The position numbers and the translations under genes are program-made. From Octopus vulgaris (taxonomy: Eukaryota), in the NCBI GenBank assembly GCA_951406725.2, contig OX597816.1, positions 87,358,001 through 87,422,000 on the forward strand: a stretch of 64,000 bases of DNA, in the 5' to 3' direction. This document shows positions 27,715 through 41,242 of this stretch, piece by piece. The notes beneath the pieces are model-generated. The model worked only from the letters and a program-made list of their open reading frames with translations, was not told the DNA's origin and did no database searches. Numbering within the stretch: position 1 is the first letter of the stretch; every line of letters starts with the position of its first letter.

Positions 27715-28440
27715 TTGCAATGTAACGTGGTAACTCGAAGCAGATTATTTACAAAGGTTAGGTGCACTTTTTCATTGAGTCATATAATTCCATAACAATC
27801 TGAATCCAATACTAAATGAAAAAAACCTCAGCAAAAATTAAATTCTAAATATAATAAAGTGAGGAAATGATTACAATAGGAAAATATTAGTATAATGTAA
27901 GGGTGAACCCTTATTTCAAAATTCTAAATAATGATTTGCTCCTTTGGATTTGAGAAATGTTAATTCTTTTCCATCTTCTCACGACTTCCTTTGGATTTGA
28001 GAAATGTTAATTCTTTTCCATCTTCTCACGACTTGAACAAAAGACAGAAGAAAATGTTCCCGATACTCATCTATACGGCTCATTTTGATAACTTGAAGAA
28101 GATTTTGATATTCGCTTTTGAAGGTTTTGTAAACATGTTTCTTCAATTTGCATCGAAATAGGAAATGCAGATATGGTGACTGACTTATTAAATGAAATGA
28201 ATTAAAATAATACGGATCTCAAGGCCAAAGTATTGTTCAGTTATAAAAGCTTTAGTGATTTCTGGATTAATAAACGACAGCGACTTAATATTTATATCTA
28301 GGGACAGCTGTTGACCCGATCTTACTTGCATTTTCAAAATCCTATGTAGCAGAAAATGTATTATTTAGAAAACAAAGACTCAAACTTAACATCCATGAAT
28401 GTGGTGACCTAAGACACAGACTCACAAATCCTCAGGCTCT
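27715..28440 (+). mobile_element. hAT (Charlie-type) transposase relic, C-terminal half
   Basis: HFDNLKKxFDIRF, FW and LLAFSKSYVAE...KQRLKLNIHECGDLRHRLT fit the LLPFPTSYLxE...KxRxRL...GDLR dimerisation region; contains a perfect 47-bp tandem duplication at 27940-28033. Confidence 0.7.
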
Positions 28441-29071
28441 TTACTCTCATTAAAATTGTAAACTTTCTTCAGTTAGTTATTTTATTACCTCTGTAAACTT
28501 TTCACATATCCACGCTGCTTTTTTCTCAGCAGTTCTTCGTATTTTTTTTCCAAACTCTTTGTCCATACAACATTAAACTAAAAATTTGACAAATCTATTT
28601 TACGTTTTTAACACAGATACACACACATATACACATTCATGTATGTGAGTGTTAGAAAATGAGTGGGGATAGCTATTTGAGATGTTGTCGCCATTCATTT
28701 TCGACGTCATTTTACGGTAAATTATCTCCTTTTGATTTCTTATAATGGACGACGTTAGCATTGAAAACTTTAGTGTACCGTATTATGTAGCTTAAAAAGG
28801 TAGTTTACTTAATGACCAGGGACGAAAAATCGCTGAGGAGGTCACAGAATGTGTGACGAAAGAACTCTGACGAATAAACTATTAATAGTAATAATAAAGT
28901 TAAAGTGAAGATCAAATTGTATGTGTGTTTATTCACAAAAGATGGCTATCTATCCCCAAGTATATATATGAATATATATGTGTATGGGTATATGTGTGTG
29001 TGTGTGTGTATATATATATTATGTATATATATGTGTGTGTGTGTATGTATGTATATATGAATATATATATA

Positions 29072-29570
29072 CAGGTCACTTTCGTGTGCTACTGGTAACA
29101 TGTAACCCAGTACAACCTGTTGCATGCTCAGGTCGTCGATGACTAAACCGGCAACCCCACCAAGCTTGCTTGGTGAGGAAGGTGTTTATTGGACACCCTG
29201 CGGGATGAAAAACAAAACCCTCAAAGGGCGGAGGAACTCTTGAGAGTCAACGGCTATTCAATAAATGTCTTAGGGTTGTATCATGCGCGGGGACATAGAA
29301 ATAATCGGACTGAATACCCGATCGCGTGGTTAAACCATTGGGAGTGAAGGACTCCTAGCCTTTGTTAGGGCATCCTTCTAGGAGAAGGTAACTCAGGTAA
29401 CTGGGATAACTCCGAAATAAAACCTGCGGCTCAATGGTTACCGATGATGTTGACTTGTTCTTCTTTTCGGATTATGGCTGCTGTTGCTTAGTGAGTGGGA
29501 TTGACTCAGTGCACAGCCTTTCCTCACTTAAAAAAAAAATCTTCTTGCACAGGCATTGCACGATAACAAC
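29072..29570 (+). mobile_element. Interspersed repeat resembling an RTE 5' UTR
   Basis: GC-richer island between microsatellites; GGGCATCCTTCTAGGAGAAGGTAACTC resembles a motif I recall from RTE 5' ends. Confidence 0.4.
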
Positions 29571-29625
29571 ATTGATTAAGCTTCGTGCAATGACCATACT
29601 CGATAACGAGGGAGCAGCCACCATG

Positions 29626-29669
<44 letters not shown>

Positions 29670-30209
29670 CATAAATATATATATATGTGTGTATATATAT
29701 GTATATATATATGTGTGTGTATGTGTGTGTGTGTATAAATATATGTATGTATCATTTTGCTATTTTTTATTTTTTTTATTCTGTTCTTTGTCGTCACCAC
29801 TCATTTTAAATCACATCTTCGGTGAGTTAACTCGGCATTCCCAAACAACAATGTAACCTTCATACAACTCAGGTAACTTCGGCCTGACGAGTAGCATTCG
29901 CTGAGTGCTACTCAGGGGATCTGTTGGCTAGGAATCATATGTAGCCAGAATTTTACCTGTTCCACTTCCTCAATTTGAACTTTTATTTGCATTCGTAGTA
30001 AATTTAGTTGCTAACTGTGAGCTATACATACATTTTTTGTTCGGCTTATCGAACTTCGATATAGATTAAGCCTACAACCTTCAACGTCAATAAATTATTA
30101 TTGTTCCTGAACGTTGTTTTTTAGACTTACCACGGACTACTCAAGGCTTACAAACTTCCTATACTTGGATTTTACAATTACATGTATGTATGCATGTCCA
30201 TATCTATAT

Positions 30210-30533
30210 AGGAGCACTCCGTCGGTTTCGACGATGAGTGTCCCAGCTGATATGATCAACGGAACAGCTTGCTCGTGAAATTAACATGTAAGTGGCTGAG
30301 CACTCCACAAACACGTGTACCCTTAACGTAGTTCTCGGGGAGATTCCGCGAGACACAGTGAGTGACAAGGCTGGCCTTTTGAAATACAGGTGCTACTCAT
30401 TTTTGCCAGCTGAGTGGACTGGAGCAACGTGAAATAAAGTGTCTTGCTCAATGACACAACGTGCCGCTGGAAATTGAGCTCACGACCTTACGATCATGAG
30501 CCGAATGCCTCTAACCACTAAACCACGCACCTT
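30210..30533 (-). mobile_element. SINE family C head with alternative tail B
   Basis: Head and middle as 22140-22285; different 3' module ending TCGTCGAAACCGACGGAGTGCTCC. Confidence 0.8.
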
Positions 30534-31074
30534 TACTATACCACCTTCACCATATCTATACATCCATGTATAAATATACACTGATAAATTATATCCACTT
30601 GTCTGAAATACACGGATTCAATATCGTACGATGTATATACACTTGAACGTCACACTATTTTCTGTTCCAACACTCGCATCAATAACAGCAACTCATTATT
30701 AACCACTATTATAGAGAACTACGTATGGATGAGTAACGAGAATTATAAGCTTAACAAGATGTGAGAACACGAAGTCATTTAATTTGCTACAGCCTCATCT
30801 ACCTAAATAAGCTCAACAAAGTGGAAATAAAAGCTGCATATTAAATATTTGAAGTAACTATTTACAGTTAATGGCTAAAGTTATTGGGAATTAAATGATT
30901 TCGCACAGGGTTTGTGACAGGTAATGATCAGGTCTGTCCAACGGCTGTTTGTTTCATAAGTTATGTAATACCTGCTCAGAAATTGGATTGGTCCATTTAT
31001 ATGTTCAGTGTTTTTGACACAGCATAATGTTATCCAATATGTACTACTCACCCCTGATCTAATTGTTCACTATA

Positions 31075-32690
31075 CTGCCCTCTTGGTCATTTGTTGCTCG
31101 CAGAAAGCAAAGTAGTCCTGTCATGAGATTCAGACTTCGCTGGAACATCGCTGTTTCACCTCACATTCCTGGTTGACATGGAGACCAAACGAAAATGGGC
31201 ATAAAAGCTTGTCGGTCGGAGAGTCTGGTTTCACTGATGGCTACTACATCGACACGTAGTGACGTGAGGTCGCTGAGTAGATAGCCTTGTTTCCCAGGTA
31301 ACCCCAGACAACATGCATTTATATTGCATATTCTGAGCAAGGCCATGTCAGATTAAGGCATAAAATTTGTGAATTTGTTTTGGATGGTATCACTCCCCTC
31401 TGGCCATAACTGCCAGTTCTGCCAGTTTTGCCAGCTTTCTGTGTTGATGTCGGTGCGCTTTTGTCTCTTTTTCTTTTGTTTGATCTGCCAACCTTTCGCC
31501 ATTTAGGCTCCTCGTCACCCCCACCCACCTCTCACCGCGGATATGTCTTTCTGCTCCATATACGAGAGGGGAAAATCTTACGGAGTTTTTTACTGTTTTT
31601 TTTGTGTGTTTTTTTTGCTGTTGATAAGTTGTTGTTTTGGGGAATTCTGATGCTGTTGTTTTTGCTGCTGTATGGTATGTGGAAACCATAAATGTTGATG
31701 AGCTCTCTATTGTGTTTGCTGCTGCTACGTCCACTGTTTTTGTTCTTGTTTCTACTACTGCTGTTGGCGCTGCTGTGATTGCAGTTGCTGCTATTACTGT
31801 TACTGTTGTTTTTGCAGCTGTATTGGTCACCTCCTTCTTCTGGTATTGTGGTTGTTGTTGTTGGTGGTGGTGGTGGTGGTGGTGGTGATGGTGGTGGTGC
31901 CGGCAAAAATGGGTGGGGACTCACTTCTCTTTTTTGTTGTGGGCAGAAAGCTTTGGGGTGATTTGTGTTGCCACAGAGGCGACATCTTAGCTTTCTACTC
32001 TCAAGGATCACGTGAAGCTTCGTACCATCTGGTAGGCTTATGAAGTCTGGGATGGCCTCAACGCTTGGCTTCTCTGCCTGAATTTATAGCAGCAGCCCCA
32101 CTCTTAACCATTTCTGCTTTTGTTCTCTCTGTGTTCACAGAATATTGGTTTTTCTCTTCTATATCGAAGATAATTGCAGTTACCAACCAGTAGATGTATA
32201 TTTCTGGTGGCATGTTTAGTATTCTTAGCAAGATAAATGGGGATGAGGACGAGTTTGTCACTCGTCCGGGTGGTTGTTGGGTGACTTTTGGCCTCCTCCT
32301 GCTCCTCTGGAGCGTACCTCACTTTGACAGTCCCATATCCCCCAACCCCTGACTATATAATATTTGCTCTTCTAAATTGGTCGTAAACATTTTTCAATCT
32401 GCCGGTGCGTTGCCTGTTCTACTCTTCAAATAAGTTTCTTGATCGGCAGTTCTAAGAATATTTAGTGCCATATTTCTCCCACATTTCTCTACATTTGCCA
32501 CTTTTGAATTCATTTTAGTTTATAAAACTGTTTTCGCTTACTTGAAGGGTCGCCTGCACGAAATCACTAAGTGAAGCTTTGTGTGGTTCGCTTTCTTTGT
32601 TGTCTTTTCCGTTAATGATGTTGGTGGTGGGTTTGTTGTTGCCACTGGCGGTGTGTTGTTGCCACTGTTGTTGTTGCTTTTTGTTGTCAT
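31075..32690 (-). mobile_element. Tx1/L1-like LINE, 5' part (disrupted ORF1 with CCHC knuckle plus APE start)
   Basis: CRLCGNTNHPKAFC (CX2CX4HX4C) in ORF 31532-32011; MALLRICNINACCL...DVVAISET is an APE N-terminus. Confidence 0.8.
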
Positions 32691-32910
32691 AATAATAATA
32701 ATAATAATAATAATAATCCTTTCTACTATAGGCACAAGGTCTTAAATTATATGGGGAGGGGGCGAGTCGATTACTTCGACCCCAATGCTCCACTGGCACT
32801 TATTTCATCGACCTCGAAAGGATGAAAGGCAGAGTTAACCTCGGCAGAATTTGAACTCTGAACGTAAGGACGGATATAATACCGCTAAGCATTTCGCCCG
32901 CTCTCTGCCT
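32690..32910 (-). mobile_element. SINE family A
   Basis: Homologous to 73-305, with (AAT)n tail. Confidence 0.8.
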
Positions 32911-32941
32911 CAATAATAATGATGATGATGATGATGACAGT

Positions 32942-33500
32942 AAATGCCCTGATGCAGTACCAGGCAGTGGCTCTCGTGGCTTCTGATCTTAACTGATTGG
33001 AAGTATTATCATGTACATTGTTTTGTCTTGGTATAAAAGATGGGCTACAGCAAATATTCTGCTCAATACCACAGATCTGCTTGTCAGTTGTTTGACCTTA
33101 ACCAGTTGAGCATGTCCCTTAGTGGCTGACGATATGTGCATCTCTGATCACGAGCAGAAGTAGTGGGAGAGCATCATAGCCATGTGTTGAGAGGGATTCG
33201 TTGGAGTTTGAATAATTCACCTCTGGAAACATGGGTGTTTCGTTCAACATCCTTAAACAACCCTTATTCAGGGACCTTTTGAGCGGGATGGGTTACTCGA
33301 CCAGAAGAAAATTCTAACTGGGCCCCACCTGCAAGGTTATGTGTTTTTTATCTTGATATGAGATCACCATGTTGCGCACATATGGTTGTGATGCATGAGC
33401 CTGGAGTACCCTTAGACGAGTAGTCATGATGGGTATACTGGGCTTCGTATATTTTATTCCAGTGTCACTTTGATGGCATGCACTGCTCTCTCACTCAATA
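32942..33500. mobile_element. Unclassified interspersed repeat inserted in (AAT/GAT)n (possible R4/Dong UTR-derived element)
   Basis: Non-coding, GC-richer block flanked on both sides by AAT/GAT repeats; classification is inference. Confidence 0.35.
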
Positions 33501-34419
33501 ATAATGATGATGATGAGGATGATGATGATGATGATGATTTTTTCTTGTTTGAATGGTTCATTAAGAGAATCGGTAGTCTGGTTGGCAAAAATACTTGCGA
33601 TATTTAGTGAAGTATCTTTAGGACTTGAGTTCAAATTCTGATAATGTCAGGCAGGCTTTTCATCATTTTTAGAGTTCCATTAACTACAACTGTGTTGTAA
33701 ATGAATTAAATAATCTCTAACACTCCCTATAAAAAAATATTGTGGCTTTGTGCCAATGTCAAAAATAATTATGTTAAATAATTACGAAATTATTTGAATT
33801 TAATGAAAAGAAATAGTTTTTCTCTCCCCCCATCCCCACCTTACCTCCGTTCTCTCTTTAATCATGCCCAATGTCGTGTTAGCGTTTAGTTTCTTTGATT
33901 TAAAACAAGATTAACTTTCCAACGGCAAAGATTCTCTGATGTAAGATACAGATATGAGTAATTCTGATCTCAAGTGGTTTGATCTCTAGAAGTTTAAAGT
34001 AAAACTTCACATTCAAACTGTGAAATAGACTGGTTCTGAGAAATGAAAAGGTAGCTATGTCTTTTCTTTTTTTTTTTGTTTGTTTCATTTTTCAATTGCT
34101 AGCAAATTATAGTAGCATGAATTTTTAAAACTCCATTCTTAAGTTTGTGATGAGCCACTTAAAGATTCTAGGTCCTTGGTAATTGCAAGGAAAGACAGAA
34201 TAGAAAATTTACTTGGCTGGAATATGAAGAAAAAGTAATCGAGCTAACAGACGAGTTTCTACACTGTCACTTGGCTGCAAGAAATTATACCCAAATATCC
34301 TTCATTTCAGAGCTTTATTGCCTTAAAAAAAAGGGGATAACGCATTAGACACATTATGTTATCCGAGATATATTTTGGCTTGAACAATTCTCAAAAAAGA
34401 GTTCTGAGTTTCATCTCTT

Positions 34420-34593
34420 ATCAGTTATTTTGTTTCAGTTGGGGTTCTGCCTTGAAGGGTTTAGTCGAACGAATCAACACCAGTAATTATTACTCTATGC
34501 CTAGAGCTTATTTTATTGGGATGGAGTTTTGCCGAACTGCTAAGTTACGGGGGGCTCAAACAACCAACAGCGATGTTGTCAACAAACACACAC

Positions 34594-34624
<31 letters not shown>

Positions 34625-34790
34625 CACACATATACACAACACACACACACATACACAACACACATACACACATACATACACACATACACACACGTGACGA
34701 GCTTCTCTTCAGTTTCCGCCGAATAAATCCACTCATAAGGACATGGTCGGCCCGAGGCTATAGTAGAAGAAACTTGCTCGTGATGCCACT
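34420..34790 (-). mobile_element. SINE family B (decayed)
   Basis: Family B motifs on the - strand. Confidence 0.7.
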
Positions 34791-35633
34791 TTGTGAAGGT
34801 CTCGTTGAAGTCCTCCAAAGTAAAGGTGTCCAGGCCGTTTGTTACTGCCTCCTTCACCTTTTCAGCGGCTTCAAAACGACTGCCCCTGAGGTTCTCCTTT
34901 AGCTTGGGGAACAACTAAAAGTCACAGGGAGCAAGGCCGAGACTGCAGGAAGAAGGAAGGACACTTTGATGCCCATCTCTACAGTCTTGTCAGCTGTGAC
35001 TAGTAATGTTTAACAAAGACGGGAGAGGTATGCAGTAATATATATCTGGAAGATCCTGGAAGGAATTGTGCCAAATGTTGGCATTGAAAGCTACACCAAT
35101 GCCAGAACGGGACGACATTGCATAGTGCGTAAGATCCCAGCAATACCATCGCGCTTCAGGACCAGATGCTGCAACAGCCTGAGTTTCAGGGGCCCACAGC
35201 TTTTTAATATTCTCCCAGAGAGCCTGAGGAACCTGTAAAAAGTAGATGTAGGGGTTTAAAATCAAAGCTGGATCTTTTCCTGTTGAAAGTCCCAGATGAA
35301 CTTATCTCACGGCAAGAGGTGCAAATGAGGGTAGCTACATCAAACTCCATTCTTCACCAAGTGCCACATATTAGAGGAGGCTCTCAGTAATAACAGTGTA
35401 GTAAAACGGCGGTGCATCAGCATGGCCGCAGCTCTGAGCTGAAACTAGAGGAAAAAAAAAAAGAATGCATTCAAAACGCTGTTATAGCCGTCTCCTTCAG
35501 TCTGGGGTATAAAAAAGAGTTGGCAGGTCAGCTTACTATATGTACAGTAATGGTATACTAAAATAACAATAATCCATGTCAGTTATAACTACCTCTCTTA
35601 AAAACATCACAAAACTTCTGGAATGCACCTCGT
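34790..35633 (-). mobile_element. Deleted mariner element interrupted by a LINE
   Basis: LAPCDF*LFPKLKENLRGSRFE is the mariner YSPDLAPxDF region; TIR-like CGAGGTGCATTCCAGAAGTTTTGTGA ends at 35633. Confidence 0.7.
35014..35463 (+). mobile_element. CR1-group LINE 3' end
   Basis: QRRERYAVIYIWKILEGIVPN...SLSFRGPQLFNILP...KLDLFLLKVPDE...SNSILHQ, followed by a 3' UTR and poly(A). Confidence 0.8.
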
Positions 35634-37547
35634 GTGTGTGGCGACTTAATATTTCACTTTGGCGTAGCGACACTTATAGTCTGGTATTAGAACTCCATAT
35701 ACATATGTTTCTGAATTAAGTGTTTGTCAAGTGCAGAGTGTAATATGATTTTTTGAAGCTATAAAGTGACGCAGAAGCACTGAGCTTTGACTGGACTGTC
35801 TCTTATAGCAGAAACAGTTGTAAGCTAATGAAGTTCATTGCATAATTTCGGATCCCTTTGTCATTTATTTAATATCATATATATATATATGGATAGATTT
35901 TATATATATGTGAATGTGTGTGTATAATAGAATACAAGTATAGAGAGGCAAACAACTGATATCAGTTTATATATTGAACATTACATATTTATACAACACT
36001 TAAGGAGAATCGAATGTGTAAAGGTGTTTAAATCACAGATCAGTAAAAGTTCCGCTAGGGGATGTTCATAACATACGATATACGCTAGTATACTCCAGGA
36101 ATAGGCATAAGATGAGTCCATAGTACTGATATAGTATAGTCGGGTTGGTAGAAGCAGGTCATCGAACTCATATCTGAAAAGAAAAGGACAGAAAAGGGAA
36201 TGTTTGAAGATTTTTATTCTTTACAGCTGTTTCAAGAACAGATCTATAATTGGTACAGTTCTCTTACAAGTTGACTGCATCCAATATTTTACTGGCAGTC
36301 CATTCTATCTAGAAAGTGAGTTAGAACTTGCTAGGGAATGAATAGCTGAGGAGTGGTAGATATATAAAAAGCGAACACAAGGGAAGAAAGGTTAACATAC
36401 ATAATACATACATACATACACAGATATATAAACTGGGAAAGTCTATAAAAGTTGCAGAGTTAGGATGAGGTAAGTGTCTATCCTTAAAATAATATATATA
36501 TCATATCTACTATATACAATTCGCATGTATACTCACCCATACACACACATATACATACGCACATACATATATGTAAACAAAGCTGCTCACCTCCGACCAG
36601 CCATCCATACACCTATCCATTCATCCAACCAGTATTGCCAAAGAAAAATCTGAGAATAATATTCGTCATATTTTGTAACATATTCGATCTGAAACATGGA
36701 GCTTCATCAGAGTAAAGAAAAATACATAAAAAGAAAGGGAAAAGAAGAGCCTCAAGAATAGGAATGAAGGACGTTTACTCGATGGCCTGAAGCGTTACAC
36801 TGCAGAATGGTATGATTCAAATATATTTAAGCCTCCTTTCCTGTTTTCGAGGCTCTTCTTTTCTTATAGTCTATGTACTTTTCTTCACTCTGATGAATCT
36901 CCATGTTCCAGATCGGATGTGTTACAAAATATGACGAATATTATTCTCAGAATTTTCTTTGGCAACACTGCAGGACATTGGAAGCAGAAACGTCTGTTAA
37001 ATGGGATAATGTTTTGTATTAAAATATAATTAACGATGGTAGTCAGATGTTGTTGATCATGATTTCTCCATTTCCTGCTTAATTTAAATTCGAGTCCTGA
37101 TAAACCCTTGTTTATCTTTGTTATTGCCTGTATCCTATGAGCATAATATGCTTGCATGTGTATGCACAGAGTTAACATAAGTAATTTATACCGGTAGTAA
37201 AACGGATATTCTTATGCCTCAGACGGTTATTCCAACCGCTAACTACTAACCTATATTTATTATGCGTAATATATATATATATATATATAATTTAACAAAT
37301 AAAACACATGCATACATACATATATGTACATACCTACATCTATATGTATATATACATGCATATATATATATATATATATGAGTACAGGACACCACAAATA
37401 AACGTAGAACACAACGAGAAACGAAAACATAAAATCAAACAAGGAAACGGACTTTTTTTAACAATGAAAAAACAGAGTACAAGACAAACAATACAAGGAA
37501 TATTCCCCTTCATCAGCTGCCCCTGGTTCGACTCAATGCGTGTTTCG

Positions 37548-37594
<47 letters not shown>

Positions 37595-37598
37595 CGTA

Positions 37599-37629
<31 letters not shown>

Positions 37630-37630
<1 letters not shown>

Positions 37631-37853
37631 GAGGGTGTCCTGAAAAGTTCTTGGCTTAGGGTAAAAAATAAAAAAACAATACAGGAGGATCAGTTAATTA
37701 TAATTTATTCAACATATTCCCTTCTCAAATTCACAAATTTATTGCAGAGGTTTTTCAGTTGTTCTAAGCCCTGTAAAAGAACTCGGAACGTTGGGCCTTC
37801 AGCTACGTCTTTCGTGACACCCTTAAAGCCAGGAACTATTCAGCACCCCCTTG
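37630..37853. mobile_element. Mariner-type MITE
   Basis: TIRs CGAGGGTGTCCTGAAAAGTTCTTGGCT and AGCCAGGAACTATTCAGCACCCCCTTG; TA at the right end. Confidence 0.75.
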
Positions 37854-37973
37854 TATATATACATATACATACACACACATACATACATCCATACCTACAT
37901 ACATAATACATACAAACATACATACATACATACATACATACATCCATACCTACATACATAATACATACAAACA

Positions 37974-38007
<34 letters not shown>

Positions 38008-38018
38008 CATACATACAT

Positions 38019-38063
<45 letters not shown>

Positions 38064-38069
38064 TATGTT

Positions 38070-38665
38070 TCTTTATTAGCCACACAGGGCTGCACACAGA
38101 CAGGACAAAATTACAAGGTAGAGCTTTTTTTTTGGTGGGGGGTAAAAGAAGGGGGGTTTGGTTTTCGATCAAAAGGGATCGTAAATGGAAAGAAAGAGGA
38201 CAAAAAAAGGGGGAGGGATAAAATAAAATTTTAAAAAAGGGTGGGGAGGTGAGGAAGAAAAAAGGGGAGGTGAGGAAAAAAAATTGATCAATAGGGATCG
38301 TTATCACAGAAATGTCAATATGAAGTGTAAAGGGGAGGACAGGTGAGGTTTACCCGTGGAAAGAAAAGCCTACGGAAAAGACCACGGTAACCTCGGTCAA
38401 TGAAGTCACATGTTATATTTCTTTTTTTTTTTTTTTTTGCAAATAAGCAACTCTCTGTATTAATTTTTACGGTTCATAGAATCATGGTCAAGGTGGCTTC
38501 GTCATTCATACGTGCCATCCCTGCTACGTTCACCCATCTTTTTTTAAAACATTCACTAGACAAAACTTGCCTCTCTACTCTCACTTTCCTTTTCAAGTGA
38601 TACTTGAAGAAGTTGATGAGAGATTGACCAGAGAGGAAAGTGTTTGTCTCTAATCCTTTCAAACA
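38070..38665 (-). mobile_element. Tx1/L1-like LINE 3' end
   Basis: [42 protein letters not shown], followed by a 3' UTR with AATAAA. Confidence 0.75.
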
Positions 38666-38682
38666 GAGACAGACAGATAGAC

Positions 38683-38843
<161 letters not shown>

Positions 38844-38887
38844 CTTAATAATACACTTAATTAATAATGCGGTAGCAGATTATTTGA

Positions 38888-39056
38888 AAGGTATGTAATG
38901 TACACGTATTTTGATAAACATACACTTTTTTTTTTATTTTTTGCCTCACTGAGTAAAGTAAACAAAGTGGTTACACCATAGATTTTTATCTCTCCGGTTT
39001 TGTTTACATTGACAGCGAGGCTAAAAAAGTGTGTTTATCAAAATGGATATACCTTA
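38888..39056. mobile_element. Palindromic MITE-like element
   Basis: ATTTTGATAAACA..CACTTTTTT...GCCTCACTG...GTAAACAAA mirrored by TTTGTTTAC...CAGCGAGGC.AAAAAAGTGTGTTTATCAAAAT. Confidence 0.6.
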
Positions 39057-39264
39057 CATTGCATATAATAAAGAGGTAGATAAATACAGAGATAGATAAA
39101 TATTGGTATATATATTTATTAAAAACTGGGCGAACTGTTAAATAAAATATGAAGTAAAATAATGAATGATTAAAGGAAGGTATGAGTGCTAATGAAAAAT
39201 AATAAGAGTGAGTGTGTGAGTGTGTAGGTGAGTGAATGAGTGATCAAGCGAATGAACAAATGAG

Positions 39265-39343
39265 TTAGAGAGAGAGAGAGAGAGAACGGGAGAAAGTGCG
39301 GGAGAGAACGAGAGAAAGGGAGAGAGAGTGAACGAGAGAAAGG

Positions 39344-39387
<44 letters not shown>

Positions 39388-39600
39388 AAGAAAGAAAGAG
39401 AGAGAAAGAACGAGAGAAAGGGAGAGAGAGAGAACGAGAGAAAGGGAGAACGAGAGAAAGGGAGAGAGAGAACGAGAGAAAGGGAGAGAGAATGAAAGAG
39501 AGAAAGGGAGAGAGAGAGAGAACGAGAGAAAGGGAGAGAGAGAGAGAGTGAACGAGAGAAAGGGAGAAAGAGGGAACGAGAGAAAGGGAGAGAGAGTGAG
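39265..39600. repeat. GA-rich minisatellite (GAACGAGAGAAAGG(GA)n units)
   Basis: Seen directly. Confidence 0.9.
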
Positions 39601-40460
39601 TGTTAATGGGTTAGAGAGAGTGTGTGTGTGTGTGTGAATGATTGTGAGTGATCGAGTGAGTGCGTTACAAAGCGTGTGCGTGTTTGTGTGTCAGTGAACG
39701 AGTGAATGAGTGAGTTAAAGAGTGTGTATGTGTGTATAAGTGAGTGAGTTAGAGAGTGAGTGAACGAACGAGGGTGTGAGTGAATTAGTGAGTGAGTGAC
39801 TTAGAGAAAGAGAGTGAGTACCTAAGTTAACAAAGCGAGAGAAGCGCGTGCATGTTTATAAAGAAAAGAAGAGAGGCAATAAGAAAAACAGACGGGGAGG
39901 AGGAGGAGGAGACGTGATAGACAGAGAAAGAGTAATAGTAAGAGAAGAATAACTGGGTAAAATTTTAAAGTCAAAGAAAAACGAGAAGAGAGTTGATGAA
40001 AGACAGAAAAGGGAACGCAAGTTAGATAGGGTGAAAGACAGGCAGTGAGAGAAAGAGAGAAAATGTGTGTTTAAGACGGATAGGTAAGATATTTAAAATT
40101 GTAAACAAACTATGACGTCATGTGAGGCTGACACTCTCCTATCTCATTTCTTTCTTACTCTCTCGCTCTCACAGACATATACACTCGTACATACATACAC
40201 ATTCAGGAATACGCTTTCACATACAGATTCATATAGCGACAGGTATACAATCATGCAGACTTGCTTCAATACACATGTGCAAGTATTTAAACTATATATT
40301 TCTTTTGTATAATAGAGATATATTGGTGCCGGTGTATTTAGACAAACGTAGAAAAAGAACATTTAAAATATATATTGCAGAATTAATAATAATAATAATA
40401 ATAATAATAGTGATTAAAGCTGGAGTAAGGAGGAAACATGAGATTCGCTTCGGTTTGAAA

Positions 40461-40500
<40 letters not shown>

Positions 40501-41119
40501 CACTCACTCTCGTTCTACACACACACACACACAGATTCTTCATGAAAACTCAAACTAACAGGTATGCCTTCTGAGCGCTCAAATAGGTGTACCACCAAAA
40601 TTCCAGTTAGAACAGCGGCTGAGGTTGTGGTTTGTGTGATTGCTTTGTTCAAACACAGCTATAGGTGGCATCTCTTTGCGTCTGTAGGTATAGGTTAAAG
40701 TAGTGAAGAAAGGCAAACAATTAGTCTAGGTTAGACAAGAACATTTAATTTCATTTAATCCAATCTAAATTCAATTTCATTTAATTTAATCTAAATCTTA
40801 GATTGAATTAAATGAAATTAAGCGTCCTTGGCCTGCATTACCTAATTGTTTGCCTTTCTTCACTACTTTAGCATATATATATATATATATAGGAAGAATT
40901 GCCGAAAAAACAAAAGACGAAGACAGGTGGTGTAGACAACAAACAGATAAATTAGTTTAACGCTCGGGAAGTGAAAAAGTCTTTAACGTTTCAAACGGAC
41001 GCTCTACCACAGAAAGAAACAAGGAGAGAAAATAAAGAATGTGTAGTGGCTAGCGATCTATCATGGCAAATCTATCTATCTATCTATATATATATATATG
41101 CATACTTCTTTCTGTGTTC

Positions 41120-41155
41120 CTTTCTGTGGAAGAGCGTAGGCTCGAAACGTAAAAG
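41120..41155 (+). ncRNA. Degenerate minimal hammerhead motif
   Basis: CUUU-CUGUGGA-A-GAGC-guag-GCUC-GAAA-CG-UA-AAAG; helices pair but the core is CUGUGGA rather than CUGANGA. Confidence 0.4.
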
Positions 41156-41242
41156 ACTTTTTCAATTCCTGAGCGTTATACTAATACATCTGTTTGTTTT
41201 CTACACCACCTGTCTTCGTCTTTTGTTTTTTTCGTGAATTCT

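Noticed and set aside
29883-29917. CTGACGA followed by a strong hairpin (hammerhead candidate)
   Set aside because: No GAAA or helix III/I after the stem; a simple hairpin only.
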